Part shown: one piece after another, positions 26,401-39,421 of the stretch
Position numbering within the stretch: the stretch's first letter is position 1
How the letters are laid out: each line of letters starts with the position of its first letter
Source of the DNA: Tubulanus polymorphus
Lineage: Eukaryota > Animalia > Nemertea
DNA: 64,000 nucleotides
Direction: 5' to 3'
Assembly (NCBI RefSeq): GCF_964204645.1
Contig: NC_134027.1
Span: 12,494,485 to 12,558,484 of the forward strand
Made by a program: the position numbers and the translations under genes
Notes under the pieces: model-generated
Told to the model about the DNA's origin: nothing
Seen by the model: the letters and a program-made list of their open reading frames with translations, nothing else
The model's database searches: none

Positions 26401-28131
26401 TAATATATCTGCTTTTTTTGCCTTATGCAATATTCAATAATTTTGCGAAATGCATACTTTTGGTTTAAGATTAGTATATCAAGCTATAGATGCATTACGT
26501 ATTAAAGCCTCATTGCTCTCGATAAAAAAGAACCTTACGATATTAATGGGTGGCCATTCCTGCCAAATGACTGGATTCATTTCTTTATCTCTACTTCGAT
26601 AAAATGTTGAAGTGTATCGTCAAATCAGCATCGTTCATATGTCAAAGTGAAACCAGGAGCCACTTCCACAGTTCTGAGTTAAGATTTGACTCAAGGATTG
26701 AAACTCTGGAAAGGGACCTATTCAAAACTCTTGGGTCGAATTTAACCAAGAACTAAAGAATTTGGTCTTGATGACAATGCCACTGATAGATTTCAGTCCA
26801 GTATTCAATGTCTCGGCTTAAAAGATTGATGTATTGCGGATATACATTTGTAATTCATGGCTTACATAAAACTGCAAGTGTATATCCAAATCGAATAAGA
26901 AAAGAACCCATTTTATGCCTCAATCGCAAACTGTTCTTTTATGTAATTTCAAACATAGAACATATATTCTTGTTTCTATGATTTAGCCTACAATTCACAA
27001 GAACAAAATCTCGGATATGATAATTATTTAGTTGGAACAGATGATATTGTAAGACATGGAGAAAAAAAATCTATACAGGTGTACTAATCCTTTCACATGC
27101 ACAAACACAGCATATCTTTGCAGATAATACTATTGGTAATCGTTTTGAAAAATGATAAGTTGGTTTATAAGTTGGTAAATCAAATATTACATGAGAAATT
27201 GTAGGCCACCATTTGAATAGATCTGCCAACAATGAGTAAGCTTATCACTTTCCCCTAAATTTTCGATGGATAGAAATCAATGCTCGTCATCTTTAACTTT
27301 ATTCTAATTTGCAGAATGATGGAATCGTTTTGTATACATGTTTATCGTTATCCTTCACATGGAAATAATTATTCCATTCAGCATAATGCTCTCCTCTTTC
27401 ACAAAGCTGACAGAGTATGACAAATACTAGCTTTGAATCAATTGATGATGATATGACATTTCAACATTTTCTCAAGACAAAACAAGTCACTTTGAAATGG
27501 AATGGCCGCCCATGGATTTTATGAGCTACCTCAACTGTTACTGACAATTTTTATTCACTTTTGGTACAAACGACATCTCTGCATGTACATTTTCACAGTT
27601 TGAAGTGGAGGTTTTTGATCCTGTTTGATTTGATCTTACTTTTTGGTATGTATGCTCACCCATGTTGATGTGCCCTATTTTTACTATTTAGCCAGGAACT
27701 TGTAAGTGAATGTGACTGAGGCTTACTGGTAGCCATTTTGGTTCTCCCCGTTGCCATTTGTTGTCTAATGTGGCTTCTGTGTTGAAAATCACATTTGAAG
27801 AAAGATTTGTTCAAAGTAATCGATAGCATAAGAGGAAAGCATGATGAAAGTAGGCCTCATACACAAAATTATGGAAATGAACTGAAACACCCGTTGGCTG
27901 TGTATTTTCACTATTTGTTGTTACAAGAATTACTTCGATGAAACTTTCATTATATCTTTGTTAATTTTCACCTTCACTATTTCACAGTTCAGACAAATTC
28001 CTGGTTTGCTTGTATTTTGCATGATGAATGTTTTGACATACTGGAATTTTTGACCCTTTGTTTTTGGTTTCCCTGATTTCAAATTTTGATGATGAAAAGT
28101 TTGAAAAAATGATCCGCTCCAAGATGCAATA

Positions 28132-28720
28132 TGGGATATCGACGAATTCAAGTTCTTGAATAACTCGTTTGATGGCGCTAGTCAGAACCGGAAATTGGAA
28201 CCTAAATCCGCCATGTTTTAGTTCATTTGCAATGAAAATCTCTCGCTTCAAGTTTTCTGACGATGTAAAGACTGGTTGCCAGGTATCACATGGTGGCAGC
28301 ACTTGACAGCCCAATTTCGATTGTTGGTTCGAGTCCTAGTACTTTTCATATTTCTATTATGAATCTACGAGCGTAGACCTTATAAAATAAATTTTATTTC
28401 ATAATATTATTTCAATTTTATTTCATAATATTATTTCATATTTATCAGTGTAGCCTGCAATAAATTCACCTTAGAGTCTTGAACTCAACAACAAAGTGAT
28501 GACACCCGGCACCAGTCTTTATTCAACACATTGTCAGGATATCACACTTAAGGATTACGCGTGACGATGTATAGTAAGTAAAATATCGTTAACTAAAAAC
28601 TTGAAGCGAGAGATTTTTATTGCAAATGAACTAGAACATGGCGGATCTAGGTTCCAATTTCCGGTTCTGACTAGCGCCATCAAACGAGTAATTCCAGAAC
28701 TTAAATTTGTCGATATCCTG
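28132..28720. mobile_element. Foldback MITE with ~125-bp TIRs and TA flanks
   Basis: 28132-28257 is the reverse complement of about 28596-28720. TA on both sides. Confidence 0.8.
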
Positions 28721-29590
28721 TATTAATAGGCCTATGATGCAACATATCTTGATAAATTTCCATCATTGAATGAATGAATGAATGAATGAATTTGTTTTCT
28801 CAAATATGTGAACATGGGCATAAAAATTTGTTACTATCATTGATGAAAAATGTTTAAACGATTTGCTGAGTGTGATTGAATTTTTGATTGTATCTTCATC
28901 CTTAATTTCCTTCATGACTACTTAAGTCATTTAATGATAAATTACTGCTTTACTGTCTTTTAGTTACAACCTTGATTTAACGACTTTTTTCAAGTTATTT
29001 TCAATCAGGATCTTCTCCTCCACTCCAGTCTGTATGACCTTTGAAAGAAAATCTCTATAAATAATTATGTATCTTATAATAGTGATTCTAAAGAATCAAT
29101 AGATAAGTCTCAGGGGCGGATCCAGGGACCACTGTCGAGGGTAGCACAACTTATAAAAAGGGCGTTTTGAATTTAAAAAGGGCATTCTGAAATTTTCAAA
29201 ATCTGCTTTTTGCTGCAAATTCCAGGCAATTAAAGTTTTTTTTTGACGCAAAGTGCTTTCTAGGATTTTAACTGCATTGAGATATAGTTTCTAGGAAACA
29301 AAGACAAAATCTTATTTAAGAATTATGTACCTTTTGTTTAAGATTATCTACTTCGTCTTGTAAAAAAGTACCCTTTTCTACTTTGGGCTTGAAAAAAAAT
29401 GAAAAAAGGCACAAGATTTTCGCAATGGTTGCACGCGCCTACGGTGCAACTGTCTGAATCCTGAGTATAGATAAAACTCTGATATCTATAAATGTACGAT
29501 TGGAAATATTCAAATTTGTTAAACAAGAGTTTTGACGCCGAGTCATAATCAAAATCACAACGCTCATTATGATTTTTTTCTTCTTTTTAG

Positions 29591-29863
29591 CCAACACGGA
29601 CTTCTCCGGACTCAGGGCAGGAGGAATTAAATGACATTCAAATAAGAATGCCTACAATGAACAGAACATCACGTTCTAGTCTCAATGCTAACCCGATAAA
29701 TGATAACAATAAATCGAACAATATGACAACGGTAACGACTGCAATTGTCACTATGCCGTCATCGAGTACGAACTCAGATGCAGATTCAACGCAGAGAACT
29801 CCAAGCACGTGCAGTGCATCGCCACAAAATCCACCGAGCATTGTACGTGTATCAACATTATAA
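29591..29863 (+). CDS. Shal: Shal/Kv4 terminal coding exon
   Basis: Strong acceptor ttctttttag. Encodes PTRTSPDSGQEELNDIQIR...TSRSSLNA...VTTAIVTMP...SIVRVSTL*. SRSSLNA, TTAI and the terminal VSTL are Kv4 hallmarks. Confidence 0.93.
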   Translation, partial: PTRTSPDSGQEELNDIQIRMPTMNRTSRSSLNANPINDNNKSNNMTTVTTAIVTMPSSSTNSDADSTQRTPSTCSASPQNPPSIVRVSTL

Positions 29864-32800
29864 CAATAGAATCAAAATAGCAAAAATCGTACAGCAATGC
29901 TGTTTAAAACTACATGCTGTGAAAATGTCCTATGGAAATTGTGTTAATAGTTACAGACATTTTGGAGCTATTTACTCATGAACTAAAAAAAGATGTGAAA
30001 AAACTTCGCCGCCACGGATAGATCTACTTGGATTGCTGTGCATCAACACCTCTGTAATTCCCTGGTAACCATGATGTGATGACAACAATGGTTCAATTGA
30101 CCTTCGCCTACAATTGACCTTCAACCTTGATACAGACGAATGAAATGAATGACAAATGAAAAAGTAATTAGGAATAAAGAGCAGCTACAATTAAGCATAC
30201 CCATGCATTTACCTGTGCCGTACTAGTTTCCAATCATTAATAATATCATAATTATTATCATTGTTATTATCAATATCATTATATGAATATTAAAAATTAG
30301 AGTTTTTGCTCTCCACTCCTTATACACCATTTACTGAAGAATCTCTTTTTCTGAATGTGATTACATTGAGAATGAACATTAAAACTTTTCAAACTTCGGA
30401 GTTTGCGGGAAGTTGATCATTCTTATGTCCTATATAATGCAAGTAGCTGCGTGTTTGGTTTTCTGCGTGGTGGATCTTCTTCGAGGACAAGAATCTATGA
30501 AATTGCGAATCGATGAATGGTTTGAAGACAATCTTGTAAATTATGTCATTCTTGCATCAAATCACCCTGAATCTATATTTATCTCTCATTATATATCCCC
30601 TGTGTGTGATATTTACAAAAAACACTTAGTCTGAGCATATTCCCTATCTAGTGTTAGTTTCTGTGATTCTAAACTTGAGAATTGTTAATCATAAAAGTCC
30701 TTCTCTTGTTAACGTGATATTTTTCGCGGTCTATTTTTATGAGCGTGAAAAGAAATATTCTGTTTTTTATTTCCCTCCAATTAGTGTCTTAATAATTCTA
30801 TGTACCGTATAGTAAGTAAATCATAATAGTTCATGTAAATACTAATTTACATTACCTACCCTGATGCATTCATATGTCTGAATATGTTGACTTTGGTCAA
30901 GTCATTTTTAGATGTATGGCATTTCAAATAGATTAGCAATAATATTGTTCATTTTAAATCTTATCATCTCAATCTCAGCCATAGGACAACTTCGGAGCCC
31001 ACCAAAAAATTACATTTTAGACTATTGTCTGGAAATGAGCTTCCAGAGTTTGTATAATAGATTGCTAAGAAGAAAATTGCCAAGTGCAAGTCAAAAACTA
31101 TTCAGTTTCAATAAGATCATATAAAGAATTATCTTCATATCATGTTTGAGATCGTCTTATTCTTTTCAAATACGTAGAGGCTACTTTGCAGTATACAGTT
31201 TAGGAAGGAACTAATAAAATAGCAAATAATCAAAAAATGTTTGTGTTGCACATACAAATTACTTTGCATTGAAATTTTTGATTTTAGAAAGGTGCTCAAA
31301 CACACATAGGTAATCAAAAATGATAATATCATAATATCAATCATATTATTCTAATGTATTTTAAGTGTTAGAGTTTCCAGGCATTATCAGGGTAACTATC
31401 TAACATTGGCCAGTGGACTTAATATGTATATAAGCCTAAGCTGACAATGGATTATTATTATTATTATGAAAAAGTAAGATACATTTTTTGGGGAAATTAT
31501 AAGCTCCATGTAGTTTTGAATGCTTAACATATATTTTGTTGGCTACATGTATATTATGTTGTTCAATACTGAAGTGAAGGGCTACTTTTTCATGATAGTT
31601 GTCGATTGTGTAAGAATTGTTACATGGTGGTGGTTGACTGGTTCAACAGAACAAAACCCTATCAGTGATGAGGTGTTGTGGACAAAGTTTCATGATATGG
31701 TCCACCAAATTTATAGGGGTTTCAGGCCAAAATATGTCCACCGCAAAAGAATGTTTCTGCAAGCATTCAGCTAAGAAATTCATCTACATTTTGACAATCA
31801 ATTGTTGTTTTTGGATAATTCAAACAAAAAGTTTTTTTAATGATGAAATTCAAACAAGTCCATTATAGGGCACTTTTTCAATGATGATAGCCAGGAGCTA
31901 CTGCGCATATTCACAGAAAAGTCATCTTTCTTAAGAATCTTAAAGATCGTACAGCATTAAGTTTTGGCAGTTATGAATTTTGTTTCATATGAGTGACCCC
32001 TTCATATAGTAACAAAACTGTTCATGTTCTCATCAACAATTCCTTACATGCATATTTGAGATTCTGACAATTCTTAGGAGACTGTGATATCCAAATCTAT
32101 TCTAGTGTATTTATATTTTGAATGTGGTATAATTAATTCTATGTATCAATATGCAATTGTAGAGCTAAGCCTTTATATCTGTGAAAGAATGGTCAGAGTA
32201 ATAGATACTTTGAAATATATCAAACACGAGAAAACAGCAATATGCCCGATTTTCACCACAGAGGACAATTCACATTAACCTCAAACGAATGTTCAAAAAT
32301 ATGAAAAACTATTGTGCATGCGAATTTATTCAATCAAACTTCGTTAGAATTTTGAATTCCTAGAATAAGTTTATAGTTCCTGGAATAGGGTGTATCATTT
32401 CTTCTAGCAGTCTATACTATAAGGTACCGGTACTTACACTATACTTGTACATGATCATGAACTAGAAAAACACCCTGGCATTGTCATTTCACACTGCTAT
32501 ATCCAACTTGTGTTTTATCCTATTCTATGAAAGTGTGTGCGTTTGTTGAAAAATAAGAGCAACTGAATTGAGTGTGCAACAGGTGGTGTGTGACCCTAGT
32601 CATAAATATTTATAAATATTTGAATTATTCTAGTCATGTGCGTTTTTATCAATTACTTTATATATTTCTATATATGTACATTCTCTTATTATGAGAAGTG
32701 GAAGCTTGAATATATGAATGTATATTATGTAAATGCTCGAGTTGGAAACAAGCGATGTGTTACGCTTTCTCTTACAAAATATCTGGGTACGGGCTAAAAG

Positions 32801-35207
32801 TCATGTAAAGTGTATCGTGATAAGGGACAACGTATTACATGTCTCTTGTTGTAAATACAATAAATATCTATGGGATTTAAGATAGTACTGGTCATACTGA
32901 AATCCTCATAGTTTTATAATTCGTTCACTTCTGAACCTCTGTCCATCATCAAACATGTACCTGTAATTTATTCACCCATAATTAGTGGAAGTTTGTTCTA
33001 TTCTTAATAATGATAATGATAACATTTTCTTCATCATGTGTGGCATCCCTTCTGAACCCATGAAAGGCCTGTCAAGTTGGACCTCTGGCGGAAAACAAGT
33101 TGTATGTCAAATATAAGTGGTGTTCACACAAGGATTTCAGTAATAGTACTAAGCGTTCACATGGTAAAAATTCCTGAGGCCTATCCATGGCTTTTTGAGA
33201 ACTGTACAGAAATACCAGAATTAGTAAGCACGGAAACCTGTACTGAGCTGGCCACATATTTTCAGTAGTGTGAACCCAAATTTGGCGCTTAGCAAGCTTT
33301 GTATTGTTGTACATTACACTCAACCAGGGAGATGAGTGTCCACGGGCTTGATGAATTAATCATTTTTTACTCCCGTTTATGAAGCCACTAAAATAAGCCG
33401 AGATATGCAGTTATAGTCGCATTATTTGACACACACTTTTAACAATATATTGGTGACGAACATATTTCGCTCACATTAGCTACATTTGTAATGATAGTTT
33501 TACACCAAATTGGCAATTCAAACTGCCATTTGGAATGCCAGAGAGAAGGAATGGATTTAGAATAGAAGAAAACAAAGATAGTATATTACTTGAAAACCCT
33601 CTCGATATTCGTATGACTAAAGCTGGCTTACTAAGCACCAAATCATGTGTGAACGCAACTCGCACTTCTGGCAAATTCAGCAGCACACAAGTACGATACT
33701 TCGTAACCTCAGAATCTTGTGTGAACGAATCTTGTGTGAACGCCACTATTATTGCACATTATAACAGGTACTGCTATTTCTTAAATCTAAACAATTGGAC
33801 TCTAAATTGCAAATAGCTTCTGGCAACTCTTGAAATAGACTTGAATATTATTCCTCGTTCCCCCCAACCTCGTTTGATGAGTTTTTTTTCAGAACATTAA
33901 ACAATCTGTCTAAGTTAAGGTTTTTCAAAAATTCAAAGATTATTGTGTCTAACCATTGTGTATGTTAGTGAGATCTTGGAGTAATCATTGAATCATTCAA
34001 TGATTACTCCAGGGTGAGATTATGCTACAATGTGAATACACACAAGTTTTTCTCATTCGCGAGTAAAAATACAAATGATCATTGATTGAATTTTGACTTG
34101 TGCGTGTATAGCAGCCAAAATTAGAGTATAGTCGGGGTATTGTGTAAAATTATTGTAGGAATATACAGATTTAGAAAGAGGTCTCCCTTATTACCTTAAA
34201 ACCCTGTTGTGAAGACCAAAATTTATAAACTCATGAAGTCAAACCTTCCGTGTCTATAGAAAACATATGCCGTGTCATGCAATATCTTTATTTCCAAATC
34301 TGTGAGTCTCTTTGATGGGTGATTTCGGCCATGAATAAAAAAGAGAAATATCCATTTGAATAAACCAAAGACATTTTATCATGGCGATAAAACAAAATAA
34401 GTGTTGAAAGGCATGAATTTCTTGTTAAAACTAGATATTTGTGGTTAAAATGGATGATATTTTCCGTTTTACTTTCAATGCACATTTAAACAAATAGATA
34501 TTTCTTCAACACAGCTTGTTCCACACTGAATTGCCAAGATTTTGCAGATCATCTAACCTGCAATTCAAAATCAACTTTCTGGTATACACAGTTACTTTAT
34601 TGTGTGCATACTTAATAAGCAAATGGCAGATGTCATGCAAGATTTGTAGGTTCTTGAAAATGAATGATGAGCCAATTTGAACCAGTTTGATATATCCATT
34701 TGATGTACATTTAAATGTTTCTGCCAACACTGGTATTCAGGTTCTGATACTCTGAACATTCATATATAGTACACACAATCACACTGCAGTTAGAAATATC
34801 ATAATTCGACAATAATGAAATTTTGGCCGTATGTTTAGTTTCTGACTAACTCTTTATGTTGCAATCTTGGACAAATCCTCAGATATATGTTTGATTAAGC
34901 ATGCCTTGCCCGGTGGCTGTAGGCAGCAGATGTAGAAATTATGAATGTTGGTATTGAGCTCGATCTGTATCAGCGATTCACTATTTCATTCACAACGTAC
35001 AAAATTACCCTGATTTAAGATGTTTACTATTAACAGAAGGGTTATAAGAAATTTACACGTTAAAGGTGTATTGGGTTTGGTAAATGAATTAACCCATTGT
35101 GCATCTGCTTGCCTGATTTGATGGGCTGTGAAATGATTTCAAAATGTTTGTGTATAACTTAGAATGTTTTGTTATTATGAAATTTTTATTATTATAGTAG
35201 TCTTTCA

Positions 35208-35740
35208 TTTTTAGTCCACTTGGGACTTAAGCCCCAGTGGCCTATTGCATATACTTTTTCATCCATACGTAGACGGAATCCAGTGATTTTGAAAAGTTTT
35301 GAAGATGCTTCAATGGATTGTTTCAATATTTGGTTTATGCATGTATCTACTTTAGACACATCTGCAGCCCAAACACTGGCCTGCTCAGAATCAATATGGC
35401 CAATTGGCAGCCATTGTTTTTAGATATATTGTCCTTATGTACATGTATATGTATTCCCCCTAGGGCCCATCATCATAAGGAAGAATGGGTCAATTGGAAA
35501 CAAGATGGCCATTCTGTTATCTTTTATGGCTAAAAAGGTCATTTTTGGCTCGAATTATATGCAGTTTTCCATTTATTTAGTTACCTAGGCATATTTTGTA
35601 ATCACAATCAATGGCAAAATTCTAGCTCATGACAAAGTTCTATGATTGATACTGTGTAATCATTAAGGAGTGCTGAATATAAAAACTGTCAGATTTTCGA
35701 GCATTTCACCAAGTGGGCATGGTGTCCCTGGACAGCTGTT
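35208..35740 (+). mobile_element. Short Helentron-associated (HINE-like) copy
   Basis: Starts TTTTTAGTCCACTTGGGACTTAAGCCCCAG and ends CAAGTGGGCATGGTGTCCCTGGAC. Internally deleted. Confidence 0.75.
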
Positions 35741-37556
35741 AGTAGCTATGAATACCCACTGCTGTTTGGTTAGTTAAAAGATGTAAACATCTATATGGAA
35801 AAAAATTAGGTCCAATAATAAGCCAGAATGGTTGAGGAACTTCTTTCGTTAAAGATGTTCATGCTTTTATTTGGTCCATTCTAACTTCGAAGGATCTATA
35901 AACAAGTTTTCTGTTTTACCTGTTACGCAACAGTGAAAATAATCACTCAAGCTAGAAATAATGTATTGATATTAAGATCTTTGTAACTGTTAATCCCCAG
36001 GTCTGTTATTGTTTTGAAGAGTCTGTCCTATTATTGTAATTTATGATTATGTATGCACATAGATTTGAGATGCAAATGCACATTTCTGCTAACCTGGACT
36101 TGCAAATTAAGAAATTAAAAGTCAATTTTACCAAGATGTGTTCCAACAACTTTGGTTATATTTAGAAATAAATGATAAAAACCTTTCAAAATTATTGCCG
36201 ATAACTTTATTCTCTGAGCATATTTCTTACTGAACAATTAGTAATAATTCAACAACCTTAAAGAATGAAAGACCAGGTTAGCACAGGGTCTCGGTTCTTT
36301 AGTTTAGATTGTATATTCGAGAATGAAAAATCGGGCTTCTTCCACATTGAAATGTCAAGTGAGTAGTTGTTTACTTATGATGTGTCTTACTTATAATGCT
36401 TGGTGGCTATTGCCATGCTTTTATGTCACAAGTTTGAAATCAGGGAGATCTCCCTAGCATAATGCATGTGAGTGAACTTTCAAATCTAAAACAGAACTAG
36501 CTGAAACCATAGTCCATGCTTTAACTACGGTAATCACCTAATTGATAATAGTCGTTTGATTTATCCCTCGTTTTCATTACGATCAAAGGAATATTCATAG
36601 AGCAAATTACATTGGTAATTATATACAGCGACTGACCGTTTAGACGCTGATGGAGGTTCAACTGTCAAGCGCATGGGACAGAAGTCGTCTACGTATTGGT
36701 TCTTATTGTCACCTTTATCATCTCCATGTTGGAATCCTTTGACTAATTGTATTGCAAATGGATTTTGAATTATTTGTAAATAGATTTAAAAAGTTCTTAT
36801 ATTAGTCATTCATTACTTTATAATTCTAATCCTCGCAATACTTCTATAATCAATTACTACAACCCTCGTCTATTATGAAGCGATATATCTGATAAAGAGT
36901 AAAGGAAGATCACCGACATTTATTAACATAAACAACAGTAGTTCTCCTAGCTTCTTAATCAGCCAGGTATTTTTCCATTATTGTTAAATGAAACACATCA
37001 GGTTCATGTACTACATGTATCAATAAAAATGTTTATACCGTTGTCAAATGATAAAATTATCGTTTGTTATCTTTTTTTCGAGGGAGCTGAATCATCTCAG
37101 TCCATAGATAAGTCGCGCAGATAGATAGGTTCTCTCCACCAGGCTCGAATGTTCAAATGATGCAATTTGTCGAAATTTGTAAGCAGGTAGTCTTGTAATT
37201 TGCAGTCAAGTCAAATAAATGCAAAGCACAGTCAAACCACGTTATAATGCCACCATCGGGACCTGGCTAATTTTGGCGTTTTTAACGAGAATGGCGGTAT
37301 AGAGAAATGCTCGATGTGATCCTCCAAATGATTACCAAAGCATTAAACTACCATATAAAAATGTGTAGACTTAATACCAGTAACGTTCCGTATTCTGATA
37401 CATCCATACAAAAAACAAAGTTAATTAATCCAACTCATATACACAAAAATCACGAAACACAATTATCAAACGGCAATCCAACTCTTAAACTGCACAGTAC
37501 CTAACACAAAATCGACGTGAGGGCTTACCAGTCTACTACCAGTAGGTAGGCCTACC

Positions 37557-37755
37557 CAGAGCCGTCGGAAGGAATTTTTTAGTGGCGAGGCTTATTTCTG
37601 AAGGGTGGTCTGGGGGCCCTCCCCTAGAAAAATTTTGAAAATTCAATCGATGGAGATGCGTTTTGGGGCCATTTCACGGTCTCATTCACAGAAGCGTGAG
37701 AAGTCGTGAGCCAACCACCTAGTACAGAGAACGACGGGCTGTTCCGACGGCCCTG
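37557..37755. mobile_element. hAT-like MITE with 5-bp TSD (hAT5-like)
   Basis: CTACC|CAGAGCCGTCGGAA ... TTCCGACGGCCCTG|CTACC. Confidence 0.75.
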
Positions 37756-38258
37756 CTACCTGGTCAAAGTATATGATCGATGAACTATTATCAGCTAATT
37801 AGCTATGTAATGGTGAAAAAATCAACTGTTTGAAAATCTGAATAAAAGTTAGTTAATTTATGTACATGTATTAGAAGTTGTAAATCTAGCGGTTCTTCTG
37901 TAGCGCCACCTACAAATCGTGGGAAAAAGAAGAAAATGGATACACATGTACCTGCTAAAAGGCAATCCAGGCCCGACATGATTATTTCTTGCCACGAGGG
38001 GCATACATCCTAAGACACCCTCTCGCTGAATTCAGGATCGGGAGCAATAGAATTACGTTGATGCCAACTAACTTAACAATCTAGATATCGTTAGAAATGA
38101 ACGTCTTCGTAAACATTGTAATCTTGATAAAATCGGCGATGAATTTCATTTTCTTATAGATTATTCCAAATTAAACGAACTTCGAAATGCTCTCCCGTAG
38201 ACCTAACACTCTTTCAAATCGAACAAAACAAAGGGCAGAAACATCTTAAGGCTTAATA

Positions 38259-38372
38259 AGTGAGTGAGTGAGTGAGTGAGTGAGTGAGTGAGTGAGTGAG
38301 TGAGTGAGTGAGTGAGTGAGTGAGTGAGTGAGTGAGTGAGTGAGTGAGTGAGTGAGTGAGTGAGTGAGTGAG
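38259..38372. repeat. (AGTG)n microsatellite, about 28 units
   Basis: Perfect tetranucleotide array. Confidence 0.97.
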
Positions 38373-39133
38373 GTGAAGTGTCCAAATGAGGGAAACAACC
38401 AAGCGAAAGAAAGGCAGGCTAGAAGGGAGAAATTAACATAAAGGGGGTACAAGCGAAGAGATACATTTTGAGATCAATAAGTTATGGCGGAAAAACGTTA
38501 TTCAATTTCACACAGTTTTCAAAATTTCAATTATCAGAGCATGATTCCATAATGTGTCGTTTGGTTTTATCGGGACAGGAAACAAATTGTGGAGGCATTA
38601 TCAAAATCAAAATTGTGGCAGGTTTCGTAGACGTGATTAGCTACCCCACTTTCAAGCTTGAAATTCCTGACGTCAGTTATAATGTTCACGCCCGCTTGTT
38701 CAGATCACTTGTTCGGATATTATTCACTCACGGATATTGTTTATCATCTCGACTTAGATTTGTAAACGTCTGCCTCAAATTACTTAAGTAAATTACGTGT
38801 ATTATGTTATCGGTATGATTATTATATTCTATGCATTTTGTTTCTTCTAAGTTCCTTAAATCAAGTTTCTGTGTATCAAATTAAATTTCATTGTATAAAT
38901 GCTCGCCTCTTTTTGGTTAGAGAGACACTACGTATTCTACTCTATTCTGTTCATTTCACGGTCGGTTATATTCGAGTGTAATTCAGTTAGTATTATTCCA
39001 ATCACAAAACCAGGTATAGGTTACACTTACGTATGCGTAACATGCCATGAATACCCCATGAATATTTTTCAATTTCGTAGTTTCGTACTTTAGAAGTACC
39101 CAAATCTCTGTGGGGCATTTGGACACTTCACCT
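38371..39133. mobile_element. Unclassified MITE with 18-bp perfect TIR
   Basis: AGGTGAAGTGTCCAAATG at 38371-38388 and its reverse complement CATTTGGACACTTCACCT at 39116-39133. Confidence 0.6.
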
Positions 39134-39421
39134 AAGTTTCAAGTAAATTTGTGATGGGATATTTGTGTTACTAGCAGATTATTGATTCGTAGTTATGTTG
39201 CTGCCTATGGTAAAAATAGCACTGCTGCAGTTTCCAGTCCGTAGTCCCCTTTGATTGGGGAATGGAAAAAGAATACACATAAAAATACACGCGCTTGCTC
39301 GTGGAAAAGCCATTAAATAATTTTAGAATCTTTTGCAATTTACTTAAGGAATTTGTAGATTCCGCTTGGTTAGTTGCAACACGCGGTCGGTGATTTAATG
39401 TAAGCATTAAGACTAATAACG

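Noticed and set aside
38203-38452. ORFs with (SLTH)n; likewise the (CV)n/(RA)n ORFs at 17412-17713
   Set aside because: These are translations of microsatellites.
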